A stretch of DNA of 64,000 nt from Planctomycetota bacterium (GTDB taxonomy: Bacteria > Planctomycetota > UBA1135 > UBA2386), in assembly GCA_965228735.1 (NCBI GenBank), contig OZ245838.1, positions 3,744,001 through 3,808,000 on the forward strand. The letters run 5' to 3'. The notes under the pieces are model-generated. The model worked only from the letters and a program-made list of their open reading frames with translations, was not told the origin of the DNA and did no database searches. Positions within the stretch are counted from its first letter, which is position 1. Every line of letters begins with the position of its first letter. Below, one piece after another: positions 32,588 to 43,231 of the stretch. The position numbers were made by a program, and so were the translations under genes.

Positions 32588-33010
32588 CGCGTGTCGGCTC
32601 GTTCGAAGGGGTCGCGCGGAAGATGGAAGGTAGCACAGAGCCTCCCCAGGGACGCCGTGTCAGGTCTGCACTTCCCGGATTCCGGGGTGGGGTGGCGGGG
32701 AACGGCAGAATCGTTACTCGGGTGGGGCGAAGCGCAGGCAAGCCCGTTCAGGCGGGGCCTTCGGCAAGGAGACAGATCCGCAGCCCGGAGCCCAGCACGC
32801 TTAACTGTTCAACGCCAAAGACTCACCCGGATCACTCCAGAACCGAAGTCGTCCTATCAACTCTCCGTTACCCGAGGCTCTGTGGCATCAGAACGTCTCA
32901 CGGAAACGACTCGCGGCCATACCAACATCCCCGTACTCTTCAGCCCAACACCAGCCAAACCGGATTATAGCCCTGCTCTCGCCTGAACTGGCTGACGGCG
33001 CGACGTAGGT

Positions 33011-33544
33011 CTATCGATAGGTCGTTTGGGCCTCGGAGCGGGCGCGCTCAAAAAGAGTAGTAGGATCGAACCGCCCCCCACGACATTCTTCGAGATCTCT
33101 GGCCTGGCGCGCGAGCTCTCTCTCAACCGTGAGGACGTCGCCGTTGTCTTGATCGAATCGCTCGGCAGCTTCGTACGCTCGCCTTGCCGACCAACCAGCG
33201 TTCTCCGGGCCCATGCCGAGCGCGAGCCTTGCTGCATATGCCAAGCAAGCGAGTGCATCTTCAGCACAGTCAGCCCAGAGTTCCCCCTCTTGCTCGGACA
33301 GCGCGTCCATCATACGCAGGGCGCGAGATTCGAGTCGCTTCCAAGAGTCGTTGTCTTCGGATACACGACCCAAGAGCGCCCACGCCTCGCTCGTGATCAC
33401 GTCGTAATCACCGAATTCGGTGCTTGCACGCCTGACTGCTGGAGCCACGCGGGTAGCACACGCCAGCGCAAAGGCCAAACCCGGAATCAAACCCATGCTC
33501 TGGGTCATCGCGATAACAGCCTGTTCGTCGAAGTCCCTAGTCAT
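33011..33544 (-). CDS. Putative immunity protein (all-helical; FALACATRV motif reminiscent of DUF416/Imm5-like proteins)
   Basis: It starts 18 nt downstream of the deaminase toxin stop on the same strand and has atypical codon usage. Confidence 0.55.
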   Translation of the reverse strand: MTRDFDEQAVIAMTQSMGLIPGLAFALACATRVAPAVRRASTEFGDYDVITSEAWALLGRVSEDNDSWKRLESRALRMMDALSEQEGELWADCAEDALACLAYAARLALGMGPENAGWSARRAYEAAERFDQDNGDVLTVERELARQARDLEECRGGRFDPTTLFERARSEAQTTYR

Positions 33545-33562
33545 GTCCCGTATTCAACGGCC

Positions 33563-33904
33563 TTACCATACCGCGAGGTTCGGAGCAACGATCGTGCCCC
33601 CAGTGCTTAGAATCATACCAACGCAGTTTTCGCAGAACGGCCGACTCGTACCAAGCTCAGACGGAGCGAGTCCGTTGCTGAAAGCATAGTCGAGAACTGT
33701 CTTTTCGGCATGCCCCGGCCCCTTAACGGGCGACTCGCCAGCGTTGAGAGCCCCTCGCTGAGCAGGGTTCAAGTTGCGGCCTCCCCCTCCGACGATGATT
33801 CGACCAGACTTGGTCCGGAGGACCGCCGTTGTTCGCCTGTCTTGTGCAATCGGGTCCAATACTCTGTGAACTTGACCTGCACGCGTTGCGGGGTTACGGC
33901 TACC
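33563..33904 (-). pseudogene. Orphan polymorphic-toxin tip, deaminase superfamily, 5'-truncated by IS3
   Basis: GHAEKTVL...GTSRPFCENC is the HAE + PxCxxC Zn-binding signature. The host sequence abuts the IS3 inverted repeat and has no native start. Confidence 0.7.
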
Positions 33905-33935
33905 CTGAACCGCCCCGGGTTCTCCGGAGGCTCGG

Positions 33936-35161
<1,226 letters not shown>

Positions 35162-35212
35162 CGCTACATCCTCTCACGTCTGGGAGCCTCCGAGAAACCC
35201 GGGGCGGTTCAG

Positions 35213-37180
35213 TTCCACGCGCCGGAAGACCGAGAACACGGCTTCGCAACGATCACCACCAACGACCAGACGGTTAGCTACGACATCGAGGGGCACGGTT
35301 TCCGCGACTGGCTTACCCACTCCTACCTAGAGGCATCAGGAAGAGCTCCGGCCAAGGACGCTTTGGCGACAGCGATTGCAACGCTCAAGGCAATAGCGAT
35401 ACATCGCGGCGATGAACATGTGGTAGCGATTCGCGTCGGAGTTGACTCTGGAACAACGTATCTCGATCTGGGGAGCGACACCGGCGAGGCCGTGAGGATC
35501 GGCAAGGGCACGTGGGAAGTCGTTCGCTCGCCACCCGTTCGGTTTCTCAGACCGCGAGCAATGCGGCCGCTCCCCGTCCCGGTTCCGGGTGGCGATATCG
35601 ATGAACTCCGGAAGTTCATCAACGTCCGAGATGAAGCATCCTGGAAGCTACTTCTGGCTTGGCTCGTATGCGCCCTTCAGCCAACCACGCCCTACCCGAT
35701 CCTCGCGATCAATGGACAGCAAGGCTCGGCCAAATCCACGACAACCTCGGTCGTTCGACAACTCATAGATCCGAATCAGGCGAATCTACGACGCCCGCCA
35801 ACGTCGGAGGAAGACCTCATGGTCTCCGCGAGATCGAATCATTTTCTCGTGTTCGAGAACGTCAGCACTCTTCCCAACTGGCTGAGTGATGGGCTTTCCG
35901 CGCTCAGCACGGGCAGCGGTCACGCCACACGTCAGTTATACACTAACCACGAAGAGAGCGTCACGCAGGCACAGCGCCCGATCGTTCTCAACGGCATTCC
36001 GTCACTTGGGACGCTCGGCGACTTCCTTGAACGTTGCGTCAGTCTGGAGCTACCTCCGATCACCGCCGAGCAGCGAATGACTGCGGCCGACCTGGAAGCC
36101 GGTTTCCTGGCTTCACGTCCGCGAATTCTAGGGGCGCTGCTCGACGTCACAGCGAAGGCGAACGCCGCTCTGCCCAAGACCAAGCTGAATGAGATGCCTC
36201 GGATGGCGGACTTCGCACGATTAGGAGTCGCCGTGGAGCGAGCATGTGCGTGGCCTGACGGCAGCTTCTTGTGTGCCTACTCCGAGAACCTGAACAACAT
36301 GAGCCGGCTCGCGCTCGATTCAGGACTCGGCAATGCGCTGGTCCCGCTCGTTCAGAGGCAGCTGGCGTTGCGAGCGCCCAATCTCGAGTGGAAGGTGAGC
36401 ATGGTAGAGCTGCTGCGAAGACTCCGCGACTCCGATCAAGGGGACCGTGATCAGCGAAGGTGGCTCCCATCCAACGGGCGGAAGCTGAGAGCGGACCTAG
36501 ACCGCCTCGCTCCGAGCCTGTCAGCCATTCGAATCATCATCGAGTTCTCTCGCGATCGAACTGGCTCGAACGTGCTCTTCAAGCAGCTTGAGCAACCGCA
36601 TGGACGCGATACCAGGTCCGGTGGCTCGGCGCTTCAGGCAGACACGGAAGAGGAGAGCGAGCAAGACAACCAACAATGGCGCCCGCTTCCTCACGGTCGC
36701 AGCCAGGCCCATCCCTCGGAGAGCATCTCGAAACTCCTCCTGCGACTGCATTCCGAACACAAGGTCCTGCTACGCCTGAGCGACGACCACCTCTCCGTGG
36801 AGATGGACGGCGACTTGCCCGCTGACCTAATGCAACGAGCGTGCTCTCGACATCACGAGGTCCTTCAACACCTGCAAGCCTCGCCCGGAGCTCACATCCT
36901 CGACTACCCGGATACCGAACGCCTTCTTCCGCACGAGTTTCAAGAGCTCAGAATCAAGGAACGAACTTCGATGGGGAAGATCAGCGCTACGGCAGCCGGC
37001 AGCGGTCATCGCTTGCGCTGGCACACTGAACCAACCGGTGAACGGATGCGAGAGATCGCGGACAGCATCGAAAACGACGTGAAAGCCGGCAAGATCCTCA
37101 CGCGAGCGGCACGCAAGGCGAAGGAGAGAGAGGAGCAGCAGGAATCCCATCAGGCACCCTCTCGACTCCCAGCGTCGTAG
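35213..37180 (+). pseudogene. 5'-truncated phage/ICE-type replication ATPase (primase-helicase-like)
   Basis: LLLAWLVCAL.P..PYPILAINGQQGSAKST (Walker A-like), LVFENVS, RQLYTNHEE, RPIVLNGI and PRMADFA. The ORF-track start lies inside the IS3. Confidence 0.65.
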
Positions 37181-37181
37181 C

Positions 37182-38714
37182 ATGCTTATCGTGATCCACC
37201 CCTTCGTCACCAACCCCGACCTCTGGAACCCGTCCACCCGGGCTCGAAGGGACCCGAACGACCGCTTCCGACTCCGCCCCGCCCCTGCACCAACGGGGCC
37301 GCCCACCACGAAGCACGAACGCCGCCCCCCAGTCCGCGACCTCCGCCGCCCCGGCGACCCGCTGCAGGCGTCCCGTGCCGCCTCCACGCTGCTCCAGTTC
37401 ACCGAGCGGCAGATCGCCAAGCTCAACTCCAGGGAAGCGCGCTTGCACGGCAAGCGGCGGCGCACGAACCGCCGCCTCTGGTTCGACGACTCCCACTGGC
37501 TCGCCTGGACCATCTGCGGCGAGCTCGTCGTCGTCGAGGAGCTCGAACCCGGCTCGGGTCGCGGCAGCCCGGAGGTCCGGCGGCTTGAGCTCGAGGAGTA
37601 TCCAGACGTCTTCGCCGCCGACCGCCTCGTCACCGACGTGATCGCGCTCTACCAGGGCGACAGCCTAGATGGCCGGGCTTGGCGCTACATGGCGCACCAC
37701 GACCTCAGGGGCGCGCTGACGGCTGCCCTGGCGAGAGCCGAGGCCGAGGAGGCCAGACTCCATTCAGCAGCAGAACCAACAACCCCGGCCGCGGAGGCGG
37801 CCGAGAAGCCGGCGTCACGAGCGAAGCGGCCAGCCAGGAAGACCCGCCACAAACCACGCGGCAACTTCATCCTCTACCGCCGACCGCAGCCTGACGAAGA
37901 CCTCCCGGACTTCGCCGCAGTGCTGCAGCTGCCGCCCGTGCCCGCGGCGTTCCCGAACACCCGCTCGGCGCAGCGATTCCTCGACAAGATGCCCCGGCTG
38001 GGCCTGGACCCCGAAGGCCTGGTCGTTGCTCGGGTGATGCGTGAGGTGGAGGCGCAGCCGGTATTCCGGTCCGGGTTGCGACTACCCCGTGATCCGGAAG
38101 AACTGCTCGAACTCATCCGCCGAGAACCGCGAATCGTGCTTCCGGAGCTCAAGGCCGAATGGGTGCCGCGCTACGAGCTGCATGACGACGGCCAGTGGAG
38201 GAAGCAGGTCTTCCAGGTGCGGCGCACGGTCCGCACCGGCTGGCACGATGTGATCCTCCGTGAACTCGGGGATCACGTGAACGAAGCGGCGCCGATCTCC
38301 GAGGAGAACCAGGTGCGCCGGGCGCTGGGCGAACCCGAGTTCGTGACCGACGACGGCGCCGCCCTGACGCTGATGCAGAAGGCGGCGCGCCGGCTACCGG
38401 CAACTTGGCTCGAGCGGCTCGAGATGGTTCCTGGCGGCCTTCAACCACCGCTGCGCGTCCTTCAGGCCAAGTCCTACTCGCCGCCGAGCAGCGAGAAGGG
38501 GCACTGGCTACGCGCGCCCTACGAGTTCCGTGATCCGGATGCCGTCAGGCCGCAGCGGCAGTTGGTGGAGCTGCGGATCGACGACATTGCGGGGTTGCTG
38601 GAGATCGGGGGGTTGACGTTGCGGTTTCTGTTGGTTCGGGGAGTGGTGGATGGCGGGGTTCAGTGGGTAACGGCGGCCGGGAAGCCGGGTCAAGGCCGGA
38701 GCCGTAGTTCGTGA
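37182..38714 (+). CDS. Hypothetical protein (510 aa)
   Basis: A long ORF starting 1 nt after the upstream stop, with GC3-rich codons. No motif was recognised. Confidence 0.55.
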   Translation: MLIVIHPFVTNPDLWNPSTRARRDPNDRFRLRPAPAPTGPPTTKHERRPPVRDLRRPGDPLQASRAASTLLQFTERQIAKLNSREARLHGKRRRTNRRLWFDDSHWLAWTICGELVVVEELEPGSGRGSPEVRRLELEEYPDVFAADRLVTDVIALYQGDSLDGRAWRYMAHHDLRGALTAALARAEAEEARLHSAAEPTTPAAEAAEKPASRAKRPARKTRHKPRGNFILYRRPQPDEDLPDFAAVLQLPPVPAAFPNTRSAQRFLDKMPRLGLDPEGLVVARVMREVEAQPVFRSGLRLPRDPEELLELIRREPRIVLPELKAEWVPRYELHDDGQWRKQVFQVRRTVRTGWHDVILRELGDHVNEAAPISEENQVRRALGEPEFVTDDGAALTLMQKAARRLPATWLERLEMVPGGLQPPLRVLQAKSYSPPSSEKGHWLRAPYEFRDPDAVRPQRQLVELRIDDIAGLLEIGGLTLRFLLVRGVVDGGVQWVTAAGKPGQGRSRSS

Positions 38715-38839
38715 CCCGCGTGCAGAAATGGCAGTAGGCATGCAGGACTCGAAGACCGCGGGGTCGCGCTAGCTAGGTTGTGACAGTCAGTGCGAGACCG
38801 TGTGACCGAGGGCATTGCACACTCTGTTGCACAGCCGAC

Positions 38840-40203
38840 GGGAGTGTGCGATGAACGGTGTATTCGCGTGACGGCTGGTGGGATCCTCTGACCCGTAGGG
38901 AGCCCACCGATGACCCCGAAGAAGAATGACCGCCACCGAATCCCAGACGAGCTGATCGACCAGCTCCTCGCCAACTACGAGAAGCCAGAAGACCTGACAG
39001 GAAAGGACGGCATCCTCAAGGAGCTGACGGCCCGGCTGCTCGGCCGAGCCCTCGAAGGCGAGATGACCGAGCACCTCGGCTACGAGAAGCACGCACCGCG
39101 TGCCGAGGGCACGACCAACGCCCGCAACGGATCGCGCAGCAAGACGATCAAGGTCGAGGACGGCGAGCTCGAGATCGAGGTCCCCCGCGACCGCGACAGC
39201 ACGTTCGAGCCCGAGATCGTCAAGAAGCGCCAGAGACGCTTCGCGGGCTTCGACGAGAAGATCCTGGCGCTCTACGCCCGCGGCATGACCGTCCGCGACA
39301 TCCAGGGCCACCTGGAGGAGCTGTACGGCGTCGAGGTTTCGCCGTCGCTGATCTCGAGCGCCACGTCGGCGGTCCACGAAGACGTCCTGGCCTGGCAGAG
39401 CCGACCGCTCGAGCCGGTCTACCCGATCGTCTTCCTCGATGCGCTCGTCGTGAAGGTGCGCGATGAAAGCGTCGTCCGCAACAAGTCGGTCTACCTGGCG
39501 ATCGGCGTCACGCTCGACGGCCGCCGTGAAGTCCTCGGGATCTGGATCGAGCAGACGGAGGGCGCCAAGTTCTGGCTGAAGGTCATGAACGAGCTGAAGA
39601 CGCGGGGCGTCCAGGACATCCTGATTGCGTGCTGCGATGGCCTGAAGGGCTTCCCGGACGCGATCGAGCACGTGTTCCCGCAGGCCACCGTGCAGACCTG
39701 CATCGTGCACATGATCCGGAACTCGCTGCGCTTCGTCAGCTACAAGGATCGCAAGGCCGTCGCCAAGGACCTCAAGCCGATCTACACGGCGGCCAACCGT
39801 GAAGCCGCCGAGGCAGCGCTGGATGCCTTCGACAAGAAGTGGGGCCGCCGCTACGAGATGATCACCTCGTCCTGGCGAGCGAACTGGGAGCGTGTCGTGC
39901 CGTTCCTCGACTTCCCGCCCGAGGTCCGGCGCGTGATCTATACGACCAACCAGATCGAGGCGCTCAACTCGAGCCTGCGCAAGCTGCTGCAGTACCGCGG
40001 CCACTTCCCGGACGACAAGTCCGTCACCAAGCTGCTCTACCTCGCGCTGCGTCGCTTCGAGAAGAAGTGGACGCGTGCGCTCTGGAATTGGAGCGCCGTC
40101 CTCGGGCAGCTCGCTATCTTCTTTCAAGGCAGGATACCTGCCCTGTAACCGTGACCTCACTCCGCCAGCTGGTCGCCGTTTACACCGTTAGCTGCACACT
40201 CCC
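38840..40203 (+). mobile_element. IS256 family element, 1,364 bp, 8-bp TSD
   Basis: IRs gggagtgtgcgatgaacggtgta and (rc) gggagtgtgcagctaacggtgta. TSD cagccgac at 38832-38839 and 40204-40211. Confidence 0.95.
38910..40148 (+). CDS. IS256 family transposase
   Basis: EVPRDRDSTFEP, LYARGMTVRDI, YPIVFLDAL, DGLKGFPDAI, QTCIVHMIRNS and IYTTNQIE. Confidence 0.97.
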   Translation: MTPKKNDRHRIPDELIDQLLANYEKPEDLTGKDGILKELTARLLGRALEGEMTEHLGYEKHAPRAEGTTNARNGSRSKTIKVEDGELEIEVPRDRDSTFEPEIVKKRQRRFAGFDEKILALYARGMTVRDIQGHLEELYGVEVSPSLISSATSAVHEDVLAWQSRPLEPVYPIVFLDALVVKVRDESVVRNKSVYLAIGVTLDGRREVLGIWIEQTEGAKFWLKVMNELKTRGVQDILIACCDGLKGFPDAIEHVFPQATVQTCIVHMIRNSLRFVSYKDRKAVAKDLKPIYTAANREAAEAALDAFDKKWGRRYEMITSSWRANWERVVPFLDFPPEVRRVIYTTNQIEALNSSLRKLLQYRGHFPDDKSVTKLLYLALRRFEKKWTRALWNWSAVLGQLAIFFQGRIPAL

Positions 40204-40330
40204 CAGCCGACCGCCCGCGAATCGCGCCGCGGAGATGCAAGAAGCATGAACCGAACAAGTTGAACATGCCAAAGCGACTCCTCGGCGCACGCACTCACGC
40301 CCTTCTTCGCCATGGCTCTGCGAACACAGA

Positions 40331-40948
40331 CTACCTCGCCTTGGCGAGCGCTCGAACTCGCCGCGCCTCCTCGCGAGCTCTTGCGTAGCCCTCAGTGGCT
40401 TCTATCACTTGAACCTCCAACCTCCGTGCTGCTCGCTTAAGGCTATCGTCAGCATCCTCAGCGAAACAAAATCCGGCGTCCTCCCACCAAACCCTGCCCC
40501 AGTGATCCCGCACCAACTCGATGGCTCGCTGCGTGTGCCAACACAGTTCTGCCTCTGCTCGCAGGAACTTCGCGTAGACCTCGACGCCGTCGACTGGAAT
40601 AGCTCGCTCCACCCCCGCTTCGATCACGAAGTCGAACCAGCAAGAAGAGTCGGCCAAACTGCGTGGTTGTTCAACCACGCGGAGTAGTCGCGTCGCCGCA
40701 CCCTCCATATCGTTGAGGACCCTTAGTCTGCGTGCAACTTGCCCCACCGAAAAGAGATCACCCAAGTTCGCTGCATCAACGGAAGCAACCTCGACACGCA
40801 GCCTCCCAAGCTGTCCAACCATACGACCGAATTGCCTTTTCCATTCGCGTGCAACACTGTCAACGGCCTTCTCGTACGCAAACCACCCGGACGCGCCGAC
40901 TACGATTGCTAGCAGCATGGACACTCCGATCTTTCGAGCGCAACTCAC
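40331..40948 (-). CDS. Hypothetical protein with an N-terminal TM helix
   Basis: 205-codon ORF with MLLAIVVGASGWFAY. It has island-type codon usage and no recognised motif. Confidence 0.45.
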   Translation of the reverse strand: MSCARKIGVSMLLAIVVGASGWFAYEKAVDSVAREWKRQFGRMVGQLGRLRVEVASVDAANLGDLFSVGQVARRLRVLNDMEGAATRLLRVVEQPRSLADSSCWFDFVIEAGVERAIPVDGVEVYAKFLRAEAELCWHTQRAIELVRDHWGRVWWEDAGFCFAEDADDSLKRAARRLEVQVIEATEGYARAREEARRVRALAKAR

Positions 40949-41008
40949 TTATTATCTCCTCGACGCGCCGTCCATAACTGTCACGCAATGCCCCCGCGCC
41001 GCCTTCGC

Positions 41009-42433
41009 GGCAAAGCAACATTCGTTCTGTAAGAGCGAGCCCATAGTCGGCGAATCATTTCACTCAGCGTCCATGGAGAGATAGCGACGGCCAGTCACCC
41101 AGTCCTCGCTGATCTCCATGAGGACCGCGGTGGCGAGCCGGAGAAGAGAGGCGTCGTTGGGGAAGAGCGTCGCAACGCGGGTGCGGCGCAGGAGCTCCTT
41201 GTTGAGGCGCTCGAGCATGTTGGTCGTGCGAAGGCAGCGACGGTGCGTCGCCGGGATCGCGAAGACAGCGAAGCCGTCGGGGACGTTGTCGCGAGCCCAC
41301 CGGACAAAGTCGGGAGCGGTTTCCGCGTGATCCTCCAGAAGCCTATCAAGAAGCCGTTCGGCCTCAGGTCGGTCTGGAGCGTTGAAGACCGCACGAAGTC
41401 CACGAGCGATCGACGGGCGCAACGAGACGGTCGGCACTCGTGGAGCGGCGTTGCGTTGCAGGTGGAACTGGCAGCGTTGCCAAGCGACTCCGGGAAAGCT
41501 CGCCGCCAAAGCTTGGCGGAGGCCAGAGTGGTCGTCACTGACGATGAGTCCGAGCCCGTGCAGGCCACGTTCACGCAGGCTGTCGAGGAAGTCGCGCCAG
41601 TGGACCTCGGCTTCCGAGCGCGACACGCTGACGCCGAGGACCGAGCGATGGCCTGCATCATCGACGCCCGTCGCGATCAGGACGGCGGCGCTCATGACGG
41701 AGCCGGCGTGCCGGACCTTTTCGTAGCGGGCATCGAGGACCAGGTAGCGGCACCGGCCGAGCTCGCGCATCCGCCACTGCTGCAGCTCGTCGTCGAGTGC
41801 CGCGGCGGCCCGGGAGACCTGCTGGGACGACACCTGTACTCCGCAGAGCTCCTCGGTGATCGCGGCGACCTTGCGGGTCGAGACGCCCTGGACGTACATC
41901 TCGGCGACCGCGAGCTTCAGGGCGCGCTCCGAGCGAATCCCGCGTTCGAGTGCCGTCGGATAGAAGCGTTCGCCGTCGACGGCCTCGCGGACCTGCGGGA
42001 CGGCGAACTCGATCGCGCCGACGCGAGTCGCCACGGTCTTCGGCTTGAAGCCGTTGGCGTAGCCCCGTCGTGACTCGGTACGCTCGTTTGGACCGGCGCC
42101 CAGGAACGCGGATCGCTCGATCTTCATGGCCTCGTTCACGAGGACGCGGATCGCGTCCGCGATCCCTCCCAGACCCTGCGTTGCGATGGATTCCAAGACG
42201 GTGTCGAGCGTGCTACTTTCGGATTGGTGGGTCACTTCGTTCTGCTTTCGTTGTGGTTAACAAAAGCTGAGCGTCGTGACTCGCCGACTTGAAGCATCCG
42301 TCCGCGCCGGCGGTGGTCGTCGCGGTCGGCCTGGCCACTGCACCCAGGGTGCAGCGCCCAGACCGACCGCGACGACCACCGCCGACTGCGTCAAGCTGCC
42401 TCGGGCGGTTTACAGAACGCATGCTGCACTACC
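41009..42433 (-). mobile_element. Second, divergent IS256 family element, 1,425 bp, 8-bp TSD
   Basis: IRs ggcaaagcaacattcgttctgtaa and (rc) ggtagtgcagcatgcgttctgtaa match at 19/24. TSD gccttcgc at 41001-41008 and 42434-42441. Confidence 0.92.
41060..42235 (-). CDS. IS256 family transposase
   Basis: EMYVQGVSTRKV, YLVLDARYEKVR, SDDHSGL, WQRCQFHLQRN and RTTNMLERLNKELLRRTRV. Confidence 0.96.
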   Translation of the reverse strand: MTHQSESSTLDTVLESIATQGLGGIADAIRVLVNEAMKIERSAFLGAGPNERTESRRGYANGFKPKTVATRVGAIEFAVPQVREAVDGERFYPTALERGIRSERALKLAVAEMYVQGVSTRKVAAITEELCGVQVSSQQVSRAAAALDDELQQWRMRELGRCRYLVLDARYEKVRHAGSVMSAAVLIATGVDDAGHRSVLGVSVSRSEAEVHWRDFLDSLRERGLHGLGLIVSDDHSGLRQALAASFPGVAWQRCQFHLQRNAAPRVPTVSLRPSIARGLRAVFNAPDRPEAERLLDRLLEDHAETAPDFVRWARDNVPDGFAVFAIPATHRRCLRTTNMLERLNKELLRRTRVATLFPNDASLLRLATAVLMEISEDWVTGRRYLSMDAE

Positions 42434-42592
42434 GCCTTCGCGCAGCAGCATTCAGACTCCAACTCGAGTTTCTTACCGGCCAACCGGCCCCAGAGAGCCG
42501 CGCTACCTCACGTTCGCTGGCGAGAACCTTGAACTCGGCCCTCGGGCCGCTTCATTCGCGCGATGACGTGTCGCACGCAATCGCTCCTTATA

Positions 42593-43081
42593 CTATTCTA
42601 AGTATTTCCCACGCACTGCCTCCGAACCAAACTCCCCTCGACGCAACTCATAAGTAATCATAGCATGCGAGACGGCAACATTTAGAGAACCCACCCGCCC
42701 GTACTGCTGCAATTGCACCACGCCATCGCATCTTTGCAGAAACTCTCGCGGTAAACCGCTCGCTTCGTTGCCGAATACTAGCGCGGGAAAACCATCCCAA
42801 GAAAAGACTGTCGACAAGGCAGCACCTTCATCAATCTCAACCGCAATAGACCGCCGCCCCTCCCTCGCAGCCCAATCAAAAAATTCGTCGTCCGCCCGAA
42901 AATGCAATATCGGACACATTGTCTCAAGTTTGCGAGAGAACGCTTGCGTACCCTTACGAAAACGCCATGGCAACTCATGCCCAAGCATAATCACCTCTCT
43001 CCCACCCATGGCAACATGGGTCCGAACAATCATTCCTACGTTCTGAGGGCTCTTCAGGTTTCGCAAGACGGAGGCAAACAT
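42593..43081 (-). CDS. Stand-alone SPOUT RNA 2'-O-methyltransferase (TrmH/TrmL/SpoU family)
   Basis: Motif 1 LRNLKSPQNVGMIVRT, motif 2 LVFGNEASGL and motif 3 GSLNVAVSHAMITYE. About 162 aa, and markedly AT-richer than the backbone. Confidence 0.88.
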   Translation of the reverse strand: MFASVLRNLKSPQNVGMIVRTHVAMGGREVIMLGHELPWRFRKGTQAFSRKLETMCPILHFRADDEFFDWAAREGRRSIAVEIDEGAALSTVFSWDGFPALVFGNEASGLPREFLQRCDGVVQLQQYGRVGSLNVAVSHAMITYELRRGEFGSEAVRGKYLE

Positions 43082-43231
43082 CTCTAACAATTATCATTCA
43101 TCAGAACGCCGAGCGAGAGTGCTCTAGATCCAATCGCCAACCAGCTCACTCACAGTTCTACCATCTGCACAGGAGACCGGCCAACAACTCCGCCAAGCAA
43201 TTGACCTGGACTCGACGGTCCGGCGCAAGCG

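Noticed and set aside
32590..33010. Search for a tRNA/att site or integrase at the island's left edge
   Set aside because: No tRNA cloverleaf and no direct repeat matching the right edge were found by eye, so the boundaries remain approximate.
40949..42590. Short RBS-led ORF with an in-frame TGA and a CCC run, reconstructed by removing the second IS256
   Set aside because: It is only ~63 codons, with no recognisable motif, no convincing SECIS and non-coding-like composition. It is probably chance.
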